In this document: piece after piece, positions 1 through 11,300 of the stretch
Layout: each line of letters begins with the position of its first letter
How positions within the stretch are numbered: the first letter of the stretch is position 1
Origin: a virus
IMG/VR virus record: IMGVR_UViG_3300042878_001565
Span: 27,180 to 91,179 of that record
Reading direction: 5' to 3' (one strand)
Length of the DNA stretch: 64,000 nucleotides
Position numbers and translations under genes: made by a program
The notes under the pieces: model-generated
Database searches by the model: none
Seen by the model: only the letters and a program-made list of their open reading frames with translations
Told to the model about the DNA's origin: nothing

Positions 1-3000
1 GCTTCTTCCATGTTACTGTATGTTTCTGCAGTTTCTTTACCAAGTTTTTTTTCAAGCTCTTCTAAATATGATGATGGTACTTTAGACTCATCTAAAATTG
101 CAGTTTTTAAATCACCAGTATATTGATAATCACGCTCAATACCCAATTGTTTAGCGTAACCAAAATTATTAAATTGTGCATTATTGTTTACAAAATTTTT
201 GAATGATTCATCTGATGCAAATATTTTTCCAGTAGAAATCATACCGGCATTACGTTTGTGGAAATCACCACCCTCAATGTTGTATAACGCCAAATCACCT
301 AAAAACAATGATGTGTAATTAGTATTTTGGATAAAGTTATTTACAATGTGTGCTCTAAAAATTCTAAGTTTTGTATCAGAAATTGATTCATTTTCTACAG
401 CGGTACTTTTATATTTCTCAATTAATTCATCTGGAAATACTGTATCTGATTTTAATTTATTTAATGTTTCAGCTTTTTTACTAAAGTATGACTTCAAATT
501 AGATTCAATGTTCTTCTTTAATCCAGGACTTAATTGTTTTCTGATGCTGAATGATTGCAGGTCGTCTATAGAAAGAGAACGAGCTAACTTCAACAAATCA
601 TTTTTGGTATCGACATCTAAAATATCATCAAACAAAAAGAAGTTTTTACCACGTTCAAAATACTTAAAGTCAATTGCAAAGTTTTCAGGATCAATTAAAA
701 TCTCCTGTTCTAATTTTTCCAATCGAACCATTCGAATTAACTCTGCTTCTAAATGACCAATCATTTCATTACTTAAAATAGAACCAGCGTATCCATCTGT
801 AAAAATAGTATCAATGTCTTGTGCATTTACAATCAATTCTTTGGTTTTACCACCAACAATTGAATTGTTTCTCATTTGATTTGCAAGAACTGTTAATGAA
901 GAAGATTTTGCTTCTGTTCTTGGTATCTCTTGAACACCATCTAATGTCAACAATACATCGGATAAAAATTTTGTTTTTTCATCAGAACCAATTGATGATA
1001 TACCTTTATCTTCAGATGTCATGTCTATCAATCTACCATCTTCGTCAACACGTTTTACAGTGTGTATTAATTTGGAACCAGATAAATTCTCAACTGAAAT
1101 TCTAATGCCAGGGTTTCTTTTACCACGTACCGTTGGATTAAAGTGATCTAATTGAAACATATCAACAAACCATTTAGAACCAGCAACAGAAGGATTTTCT
1201 AAATAATTAAATTTAGACATCCCTTGCATTGCAATTAATTCATCATAATGATTTGCTTTATTTAAAGCCTGCACCTCAACTGTAAGTGATGAGTTTAATA
1301 CTTTTTCACTTGCCTTCTCACCATACGCTGTCATCGACATAAACGATGTGCTATCGCTTGAATACATTGAGTGTAATTTGATTAAACTATTTATGAATCC
1401 AGCTTTTCCAATTTCGTCAATTCTCACACCATCTTCATAGTAATAAAAATCTTTTGCTAAATCAGATAAACTTCTAATCCCTGTACCATTAATTGCATCT
1501 TGTTTTTTTATAAGAAAATCAACAAAATATGGGTAATCACTAGCTTTAATTTTTAAATCATCAGAACCTTCTTTTAGTATTTGTTTAACAATTGGATCAT
1601 CTGAAATATTAATTCCAAATAATTTTAAAAACTCTACTGGTTCTGCGTATGCTCTTAATTTTGGCGTTGATGAAAACTGTGCTTTAGTTGCTTTTGGTAA
1701 TTTAAGATACGCACTTTTTGAAATAGAAATTCCACCATTAACAGACTCATGCACTTCTTTTAAAAACTTTGAATGATTTTTATTTTCAAAAAAAGATTTA
1801 AGGTTTAATGTATATGGTGAAAATTTATTTTCGCCTTGTTCTATACGTTCACCAATAATTTCTAATAACGATGTGAAATTATCATTCCAATCATTTTTAA
1901 TAAATGTTTCCGATGCTGCTGTTCTACCTGAATGCGAAGTAGTACGACTTTCTACAAAGTTTTCATCCTTTTCTTCATTTGTATATGTAACCGTTTTTTC
2001 AATAATTTGTTCTCGTAATAATACATCCGCTTTATTAAGAGATTGCCAAAATGCTAACCATTGATTCTGTTCTTCAAAAGTTGAAGAAGGTGAACCAGGA
2101 TTACCAAGTTTTGAAACAAGTTCTTTAATTTGAAAATCATCAATACTAGCTGCAAGTAATTTTTGATACATGTCGTCACGATCTAATGTATTAGTTAACA
2201 ACTTTGCAGTTTTAGCAAGCATTGTTTTAAATGGTGCAAGTTTTGCAAAACCTAGAGCATTAACTTCTAATGTACCTTTACCATTTTTAGAATAAGAACT
2301 GATGGTACTTAAAAGTTGTTTAGTTTGATCATCAACTAATTCTGAAATTGAAAATTCAGCACCAGTTCTTTCAAAAATAACACGTTCGTCATCTTCATAT
2401 TTTTCTTTTTCGGTATTGACATAACTGTACTCATTAATAAACAAAGATGCCATGTCACCATACGATTCTTGTTTGGTTAAAATTGTATCAATGTTTTCTA
2501 AATTTCCAAAGTTAGCAATGGCTTTATTTAAAGTATCAATAGCAAATTTTGCTGAAAGATTATTTGGTTCATCTTCTAATGTTAATTTGTGAATTGCAAC
2601 CTTTTGTTGTAATCTTTTTTTAACAAAATCTAAACCCATTTGTGTTAAAACAGGATTATTTTGAATTCTAAAAATACCATACCCATTGTATTTATCAGCA
2701 TAAGATTTTTTAAAATCAGCAACGATTGCTTGAGCTTCTTCATATTCTAATTTATTCGTAATAGGATTAATTGAAGCTAAATGAGTCATAGCAAATATAC
2801 CATTTTGCGAATTCTCATCTGAATTATCCATTGCATTTACACCTTCAGTAACAAATTCGGTAAACAATGCCTGCATTGAGTCCATTACTAAATGAGTTTC
2901 TTCTAATGAAAAATTAAGTTCTTTTTGTAATTCAGCTGATTGATATACAGCATGTGAATCTCTACTACTAAATTTAGAAACATCAATGTTACCTTCATAC

Positions 3001-5342
3001 AAGTTATTAAACATTGCATTCGTTACACCTTGAACACGATTCAATGCTATTGCATCAGATAGACGCATATTACCAAATAACCCTTTTAAAAGATTAGATA
3101 TTTTTTCAAAGAATTGTGATACTCTTGTTGAAAGTTTATTTGAATACTTTCCTTTTGACATAGCAAACTTACGGAACTCTTCAGCTAAATATTCTTCAAG
3201 TTCTAATTCATTTGCATTTGCAAAAGCAAGTCTTTTTTCAACGCCTTTAACTGTTACATCAAAGTATCCAGGTTTGTTTTTTAATTCAGCATACATGTTA
3301 TTTCTTTCTACCGCAGTAAGTATTCCCATACTATATGCGTGAAATGATTCGTGATATAAATCTGTTTTGCTAGAACCCAAATACATATTAATTGAATTAC
3401 CCACAAACTCTGCTAAAAAGTTTGGACCAAATTCATGAATTTCGTCTGAAAAATTTACCTTCAGTACACGCAATAATGGATTAGTTTTCATCCATGCATC
3501 TGCCCGCAATTCTTGTGCTTCAGAAACAGATTCTCTATTTTGAGATGCAAGTGATTGAAATAAACTTTTTCCTTTATAGTTTTCTTTTACCGTATCAAGA
3601 ACATCTATGTTAGTCACAACGTCTTCAACTTGTTCAGTAAATGAAACGTATGGATCAGATGCTTTAAACTCTCCTTGATTGTTTAATTCATACATTGTAC
3701 TACCAAGATCAATTACGTTATCTAAAATTGTTGTAAGCTTTGTTTTAACAACGCCATCTTCAATACCAGTTATAACATGTAATTGAGAATCTATGTTTGA
3801 TTTTGGTTTTAATCCAAAATTTATTGCAGGTGATTTAGAAATATAAAGCTGACCATTGTTGTAATACAACTGTTGTTCATCAGTTGTTTCTTCTAATGAA
3901 TTAAAAATCTTTACATCTGTCATATCACCTTTTGGTACAAAAGGAACACCTGTCCTATTGTAAACAAAATTTCGCAATGCTTCTTTAATGTCAGAAAAAT
4001 TTTCTTCTTTTATTTCAAATAAAACATTTTGAATATAAACGTGTGGTAATTTTTTCTTACCGTTTTCTGGTAAAAGAAATTCTGTAAATACTTTATCTTT
4101 TGAACGCTGTATTAAACTTGATATAAGAATATTTCTATCTACTGTGGACCATGCAGCATCTTCTTGATTTTCTTTTGTAGTTGCTACTTTTGGTTTAGTA
4201 TTTACAATTAATTCATACAAAGCTTCAAACTGTTCATCAGATATAGAACTTAACAATTTACTAAAAACGCTTGTTGGCTTATTTGAACCCTCTGCTTTTA
4301 ATTCTATCCAATATCTTTTATCGCGTTGATTTACCGAAAAATTTAATTTAGCCAAGTTTGCTATGGCCTTTAATGGATTTCTTTTATTGATGTTATATTT
4401 CATGACACCATGATCACTATTCTTGTAATCAATATCTAAAAGAATTGTTTTTCCATCTTCTATCCTTTGTGCAATTCTTGCAATTGATTTTAAATAGTTA
4501 TCAATTTTAGTTTGAACAATACGAGTGGCTTCTTCTATAGAAACACCATTATTTTCTGCATAGATTGCAGGCAACAATTCAGTCTGTCTTTTAAAGTGAT
4601 GCGGTTCTGTTTTAATTTTCATTACAGGAGAACTTCCTGTTTCAGAAACATTACCAGCTTCATTGAATTTTACAATGTTTCCTTTTGCGTCAGTAAACAA
4701 TAGAACTACGTCATTATCTTTTATACGAGCGTATTCAGAAACAACATCTGTTTTTGATAAAACATCTTGGCTTTTAAAAGCTCTTAATTTTAGATCAGAT
4801 GTTGGTGAATTTAAAATAGATAATTGAACACTCTGTCTGAATTTAGAGTTTCTTTTTTCTTCAACCGTAGAAGGAATTTCAGATAAATCTAAATTAAGAT
4901 TGTATGTTTTGTTAAACTCTGAAGACATTGCATCAAATCCCTCTTGCATGTTAACAACTGGAGGAAGTTGACTAACCCCTCCAACCATTTTACCTATTTG
5001 ATTAACAATATTTGGAAACTCTCCGTTTTCATTAACACTTGCATTAATTATTTCATCACGTAAAGCTTTAATGTCAGAAAATAAACTTTCATTTTTTTTC
5101 GTCATTGGTGCATTTAAGTGTGCATATAACATTTCAGGCGCAATAGTTAAATGCTGTAACACAATCTCTCTGGTCTTTTCTTTTGAAAAACCTAACTGTG
5201 GTTCAAAATCAGACAACGCTTTGTTAAAAAGCATTGTCATCATTTGTTTTGCAGTAACATTTCCGTCGTAAAAACTTGGAATCTCTTTCTTAAAATAAGC
5301 AGCAAAAAGATTAATTGAATTCGGAGTAATACAAATATTCAT
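1..5342 (-). CDS. Giant virion RNA polymerase polyprotein (crAss-like vRNAP), 3'-truncated by the window edge; N-terminal zincin protease domain
   Basis: ATG at 5342, 1 nt past the upstream stop (MNICITPNSINLFAAYF...). The same frame gives LYHESFHAY...LEEYLAEEFRKF (HExxH at 3339-3353) and SLFLGDLALYNIEGGDFHKRNAGMISTG (~220-320), resembling the GD-x-Y...D-x-x-KR...S-x-G block of crAss-like RNAPs. Its absence from the ORF track is consistent with no stop before the edge. The catalytic DxDxD is not seen and is presumably outside the window. Confidence 0.8.
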   Translation of the reverse strand, partial: MNICITPNSINLFAAYFKKEIPSFYDGNVTAKQMMTMLFNKALSDFEPQLGFSKEKTREIVLQHLTIAPEMLYAHLNAPMTKKNESLFSDIKALRDEIINASVNENGEFPNIVNQIGKMVGGVSQLPPVVNMQEGFDAMSSEFNKTYNLNLDLSEIPSTVEEKRNSKFRQSVQLSILNSPTSDLKLRAFKSQDVLSKTDVVSEYARIKDNDVVLLFTDAKGNIVKFNEAGNVSETGSSPVMKIKTEPHHFKRQTELLPAIYAENNGVSIEEATRIVQTKIDNYLKSIARIAQRIEDGKTILLDIDYKNSDHGVMKYNINKRNPLKAIANLAKLNFSVNQRDKRYWIELKAEGSNKPTSVFSKLLSSISDEQFEALYELIVNTKPKVATTKENQEDAAWSTVDRNILISSLIQRSKDKVFTEFLLPENGKKKLPHVYIQNVLFEIKEENFSDIKEALRNFVYNRTGVPFVPKGDMTDVKIFNSLEETTDEQQLYYNNGQLYISKSPAINFGLKPKSNIDSQLHVITGIEDGVVKTKLTTILDNVIDLGSTMYELNNQGEFKASDPYVSFTEQVEDVVTNIDVLDTVKENYKGKSLFQSLASQNRESVSEAQELRADAWMKTNPLLRVLKVNFSDEIHEFGPNFLAEFVGNSINMYLGSSKTDLYHESFHAYSMGILTAVERNNMYAELKNKPGYFDVTVKGVEKRLAFANANELELEEYLAEEFRKFAMSKGKYSNKLSTRVSQFFEKISNLLKGLFGNMRLSDAIALNRVQGVTNAMFNNLYEGNIDVSKFSSRDSHAVYQSAELQKELNFSLEETHLVMDSMQALFTEFVTEGVNAMDNSDENSQNGIFAMTHLASINPITNKLEYEEAQAIVADFKKSYADKYNGYGIFRIQNNPVLTQMGLDFVKKRLQQKVAIHKLTLEDEPNNLSAKFAIDTLNKAIANFGNLENIDTILTKQESYGDMASLFINEYSYVNTEKEKYEDDERVIFERTGAEFSISELVDDQTKQLLSTISSYSKNGKGTLEVNALGFAKLAPFKTMLAKTAKLLTNTLDRDDMYQKLLAASIDDFQIKELVSKLGNPGSPSSTFEEQNQWLAFWQSLNKADVLLREQIIEKTVTYTNEEKDENFVESRTTSHSGRTAASETFIKNDWNDNFTSLLEIIGERIEQGENKFSPYTLNLKSFFENKNHSKFLKEVHESVNGGISISKSAYLKLPKATKAQFSSTPKLRAYAEPVEFLKLFGINISDDPIVKQILKEGSDDLKIKASDYPYFVDFLIKKQDAINGTGIRSLSDLAKDFYYYEDGVRIDEIGKAGFINSLIKLHSMYSSDSTSFMSMTAYGEKASEKVLNSSLTVEVQALNKANHYDELIAMQGMSKFNYLENPSVAGSKWFVDMFQLDHFNPTVRGKRNPGIRISVENLSGSKLIHTVKRVDEDGRLIDMTSEDKGISSIGSDEKTKFLSDVLLTLDGVQEIPRTEAKSSSLTVLANQMRNNSIVGGKTKELIVNAQDIDTIFTDGYAGSILSNEMIGHLEAELIRMVRLEKLEQEILIDPENFAIDFKYFERGKNFFLFDDILDVDTKNDLLKLARSLSIDDLQSFSIRKQLSPGLKKNIESNLKSYFSKKAETLNKLKSDTVFPDELIEKYKSTAVENESISDTKLRIFRAHIVNNFIQNTNYTSLFLGDLALYNIEGGDFHKRNAGMISTGKIFASDESFKNFVNNNAQFNNFGYAKQLGIERDYQYTGDLKTAILDESKVPSSYLEELEKKLGKETAETYSNMEE

Positions 5343-5343
5343 A

Positions 5344-8300
5344 TTATTTACATTGAGTTTTTAAAGTTTCAATAATGGAATCTTCCACAAAAAGATCAGC
5401 CGCTACTGATGTGTCAAAGTTACTAAAAACATTTTGAAGCGCATCTTTAATAATCTTGCCTTTTTTACTAGAAGGTTTTGTTTCAAAAGTATCCTTTTTT
5501 ACAGGAACCTCTTCCGCAACCACATCCTTTATATTACTCAAAAAATTCAACATATCCAAGTTTTCAAGGTTCGAAGTTTCAACATTAAAAACTGAAACCG
5601 TATCTTTTGTGGAAGACATTATTTTATAACGTGTACCATCTTTCATTAAAACATCCTCTTTCGAGTGCTCGTTTTTATAAAATCCTTGTGCTAATTTTTC
5701 TTTAATTATATTTTCAACAACTTTAGATTGCTTATCAGAAAATAAAGAACCTTGTTGCATTTCATATTGATAAACACCAACAGCATAAGCTAACGATATA
5801 GCAGTAGGTCCATTTTTTATTTTTTTAACAAACTCTTGATGCAGAGGATGTGTTTCATATGCTTTTTGTGGTGCTTCTTTTACATTTTCTTTAATGAAAG
5901 CATTAACTAAAACATTTAATTCCTGTTCAGCTTTATCCTGTTCTGTTTTTTCTTCAAGTCCTTCTGTGAATAAATCACGTTTAGGATCTTTCTTTGGAGC
6001 TTCTATAAACTTTGTAAGAGGTTCATCTGCTATGTCTTTTAACATTTCGTTATACAACTTCACATGACGATCAATCGTTTCATCTGAAACATCAGCACGA
6101 TCTTCACCTTTACTAATTTGAGCTTTAATTCTTTTTTTAGCAAGCTCGCCATCTAAAGGCATAAGTTTATATTCCAAACTTAATTCTGGAAATTGTTTTT
6201 TAATAGCGTTTGTAAAATCACGTCTTCTTTCTTTTTGAAGATTAGTTGTATCAATAACAACTTTTTTGCCATTTTTAATTGCAGCAATAGTTCTCTTTTT
6301 AACCTCTTCATAAATTTCAGTGTCTTTACTTTTATCATTCATATCGCCTGTAAATTCTACACGCATAGCGTCAGGAGAAATTACAACATACTCATCTGCA
6401 GGTAAAGATTTAATCCATGTGCTTTTACCAGAACCTGATGTTCCAATTGGTAAAACAACTTTTAAATTAGCATCAAGTTTTTTAACGTCTTCTTTTTCAT
6501 ATAAACCTTCAAATGCAGCACGATCATAAATTATACGTTCTGTTTCAGATAAGTCTTCTAATGCACCAGTGTAACTACCAGTTTCAATTGTAAACAATTT
6601 AGAGTTATAGTATTCTTCCAAATATTTAAACTCATCCTCAATCATTTTTTGACCTTCTTCTGTAGAAAAGAAGTCAATTTCTTCTGGTGTTCTTGGTTCC
6701 TCTTCTGTTGACAATACATCTTTCTCTTCAGTAACAAGTTTGTTTTCAATAATCTTGTTTTCTTTTTTGACTGATGGTAACGCTACAGTTCCTTTCAGTT
6801 GTGCTTTTGTACCATGCTCAATCGAATAGATTGTACCAATTGGCTTATAACCTTTCTTATTGATTATACGAATACGATATGGATTCTTAACCTCAAGCAG
6901 TTTTTTGTTTATTTCTGTAGCAATTACAGGAACCAACATTCCTTTTCGTTCCAGTTTGAAAAACAAATCAACCAGTTCTTTTGTAGCCAATACTTCGTTT
7001 TCACTGAATTTTATATTATCGCTAATACGTTTCTTTTCAGCAGTAACCTCACGTTTAAAATCACGTACTGATTTTGCAAATGTTTCAGCTTCTTGTTTGA
7101 AAATCTTTGGATGGTAAATACTAATGAATCGACCAAGGGCTTTTCCAATTTTAACGGATACTGTTTTAAGTTTTCCTTTTGCATCTTCTTCCTGGAACTC
7201 TAATGTACCTGTAGTTAATGCATCCAAGTTTGTTGATGTACTTGTAGCTCTTTTCTTTTTACGATCTTTTTTACGTTGGAACTCTTCTTCAGCGTCCAAC
7301 AATTCCATAAATTCAGCTTCGTAACGTGCTTGTGCTTCAGCATCAAGTTTATCTTGTGCTTCCAATTCCACTAGCATTTTCTTTTCAAAAATGAAATGAA
7401 TTATTCCAGGAACATCTAACGCGCGTTCTTTAAAAGCTTTAATCAAATCACTACGTTCAGCATCTGTAAGAATTGATGTATCGATTGTTAATCCAGATTT
7501 AGTTAACAAATGATCCATTAACTCATCATCAGACAATACTTCTTTTACAGGTTTATCTTTACGTTCTTTACGTTCAGATTCTACACGCGCAGCATTATCT
7601 TTTTGAGATTGAGTTATAGCTTTTGCATTTTGATTGTATTCTACAATAGCATCAATAAAGTCTTTGTGACCATCTTTGATGTATCGATTGATTACATTCA
7701 TTTCAGACTCTGTTATATTACCATGCGATTTACCGAATACATTTGCCATAGCGTATTGCAACGTCAATGGAAATTGTTGGTATGGTACGTTTTGATCATA
7801 TATCAATGAACCATCTGCATTGTAATTAAAGTCATCTTCACTATATTCGATTGGTTCTAAAGAAGAATCTACAAGAGTATCTGTTACAACATTTGTAGTA
7901 GGAGAAACACTAACAGGTAATGCATCTAATTCTTGTTGTAATTGCTTTCTTTCAATAAGCAGTTTAGTACGTTCGGAGTTAAGCGATGTAATCTCACGAC
8001 TCTTTGTTATAGTACCACTAGACAACTTACCTGCTATGTTATTAACCATAGCATCAATATTTCTAATTCGGTTCTGCAAATCAGTTCTTTCTTCGGTAGT
8101 ATCATTTACTACTTCAAAAGGTGTTTCAGTTTCTTCCGTTTCAGTTTCTTCAGTTTCTTCAGTTTCCGTAGTAGGTGTAATGAAATCAGAAATAATCTCA
8201 ACCGCATCAGGTTTAATGTTAGCATCGGACCAAAATTCAAATTGAGTTCGGTCTTTTACTATCATCGTTGCCAACTCATCAACCGTTGTTAAAAAATCAA

Positions 8301-11300
8301 GTTCATCAACAAAAGCCACTTGTTGGTTACCCATCAACTTTTTAAACATTCTTTGAAAGAACTCTTTAAGTTTTTGTAAGAAATTACGATTAAGTTTTTG
8401 ATTTATAACTCTACCAGCAGCAATATCAAATGCTCTTGCAACTAACTCATGGTGATATTGTCTTGTTCCAAGTTCTTGTTCTGTACCATATACTTGAATT
8501 ACATATTCACGAACAGAATCATCACTAATTGCATTTGCTACTAACTGACCATATAAATCTACATTATTTCTTTCAGCATCAACAAGGAATGGATGCAAGA
8601 ACATTTCATGCAACATAGTTGTTTCATTCACATTATCAGCAACAATATATGCAGTATTAGTGCTTTCATCATAGAACCCAGCAGTATTTGCATCATCTAA
8701 CTGAAAGAATATGTTTGAAACAGCTTCTATACCATCCTGTAAGTTATCTGCATTTCTTGTCAACCAATCAATAACAGGACCTAGTTGACCAGCTTCATAC
8801 GCAGTCAAGTCTTTTAAGTTCTCAATCAATTCAGAAATAGATTCAGACTTATTGTACACGTCACGTAACAACTGACTTAATGCAGGTGAGTCAAATGATT
8901 TTCTTAATTCAATTACTTTATCGTTAATACCGTATCCACGAACAGCTTCAAATAAAATGTCAGCAAATTTTTGATGCATTGGATTTTTAAGACTATCCAC
9001 TATCTTTTTAGCAACGTCTGTTGACGTAACAATCGATACATTGGTTCCAAATTGCTTATTCAGCTTTCTGGCCATCTTTTCAAGATCCTTTAATCTCTTT
9101 ACTTCAGTTTTAGATTTAGCGTTAGTAGAGGTACTTAATTTACGTTCTTTTTTAGGTTTAGTTTTTTCATCTTCAATCTGTACATCTATAGCTCCTGGTA
9201 TATCCAGTGCTTGAGATGCTATATTAATACCACGATCAAGCATTGTTCCATTAAGCGCAGACTCTTTGCTCAATGATGTTTTAACCATAATCATCATATT
9301 TGTCCATAGAGAACGACGAGAAGAACTAACTTCATCCTTAACTTGAGATAGTGTAGCCTGTAATGATTTATTGTTTAATACTTCTATTATAAACTCTTCA
9401 ACATTATTGAACATTGATAGTCCTTCTACATTCGCTGTAGGAACAGTTTTCAAGAACAACGCTTTGGTTTGTTCCATCATACGTGTAGCAGTAGCTTTTA
9501 ATGTAGCATTGTCTTCAATGTTTCCAGCAATTTTTTCTTGAACTATTGCAGAAATAACTAAATTTTCAAACGATACCTGCGCATCTTTAAATTCAGAAGA
9601 AGCATATCGAATATCAATGTAAACAACATCTCCTACTTTCATTACAGGTGCTTCTGCATTATCAGTAAAAATAAGTTTTGCTTTTGTAGTGCTAACTGCT
9701 TTTAATAATTCACGTTCAGTGTTTGATAAGTCTTTGTTAGAAATTAATTTATTTAAAAATACATCTCCTTCTTTTTCATTCAAATCAATCATCTGATTTA
9801 AAGTAAGACCGTACTGTTTAAGAATGTCTTTTGATTTACGAGTGTCTGCTTTAGAACGTGAGTTTTTTCTAGCCAATCCATCTTTACCACCAGTAATAAC
9901 TTTACCAGTTAAGTTTTTATAGAACCCTTCAACAACACCCTGCGCATATTTTAGTTGTGCGTCAGTAGCTTCTTTTTGAGTCGCGATGTCATAAAATTTA
10001 GAAGGCATAATTCCTTTTTTCACAAGGTCATCCAGTTCAGTTAAACTGAAATAAATACCTTTTTCCGACAACATCTGCATCATCTTGCTTGACTCTTTTC
10101 GAACTTGGAATGCTTCTAAAGAGTTACTGATGTGTTGCGTCTTGTTATCAAGAATATGATTAAGAACTTTTTCCTGTTCTGCAATAAAGTTTCCAGCATA
10201 CGTTGGATCAGATAAAGTGTTTGCAAGTTTTTTAAATGCTTTACCTTCTTTTGTTAGATTAACATGGTCATATACTGAATCAAATGTACGATTAGCAAGT
10301 GCACGTTGTTCTTCTTTTGATAAACCACTTGTTTGATCAAATGACGCTAATACGTCAACGTATGCATCAAACATATCACTATGATCACTTTCATTAAATT
10401 CACCTACTTCTGCTTTTTCAACTTTATCAATAGATTCTTTATATTTTTTTAATGCTGCAAGTTTAACAACAGCTTTATCATACTCACGTTTAGCTGTACC
10501 TTTTAAATCTAATCCTTTGCTTCCTTCTACTTGTGTTTCTAACACTTCAATATTTTGATTCAATGAACTAGAGTCTAATAATGAATCACGTTCAATTGTA
10601 GAAAGATTTAATGACTTGCTTAATTTTTCATCCATTGCTTTATTTCTATCAGCAATAGATTGAATATTTACATTCGAAACAAGCATTTCTTTTTTAAGAT
10701 TTTCAAATGCATGGTATCTAACTACATTAGCTCTATAGTCCTTATCTGATGGACGAAGATCACTAACCGTAATTGGATTAATCATTTCATTTTGAATCTT
10801 GTCATATTGATCCTTATGTTCATTTACACGATCTGCTTTCTGTACAAGTTTAGCTCTAAATTCTGAAGCATTCTGTTCAGTAATATCAGTTCTATTAAAA
10901 GCTTGATTTAATTCTTGAGCTGTTCCATCTTTAGCCATGCTTTTCAAATGCTTTACAAAATCATCTTGCAAATCATTATCAAACATAGTTTGTAATTGAA
11001 GACCAAAGGCTTCTTGTTTTAAATCCTCAAGGTCTTTTGTATTACCATTTTGAACAGCTTCCAGTATTTTATCTTGAATAGCTTTTTGTGCAAAGATTGG
11101 TTTTTTAATTTCCTGTAGGAAGGCGTGTTCATTTTTGATAAAAGCATTTAATAATTCAGCTTTAGCTTGAATTTGTTTAAACTGCGAGTCTTTATCTTTT
11201 TTATACTGATCGCGATTAAATGCAGCATTGTATAATGTTTTGTTACCACCACCTTGAGTAAAATCAAACATTAAACTTTGTACTGTATTAACTGGGCCCA

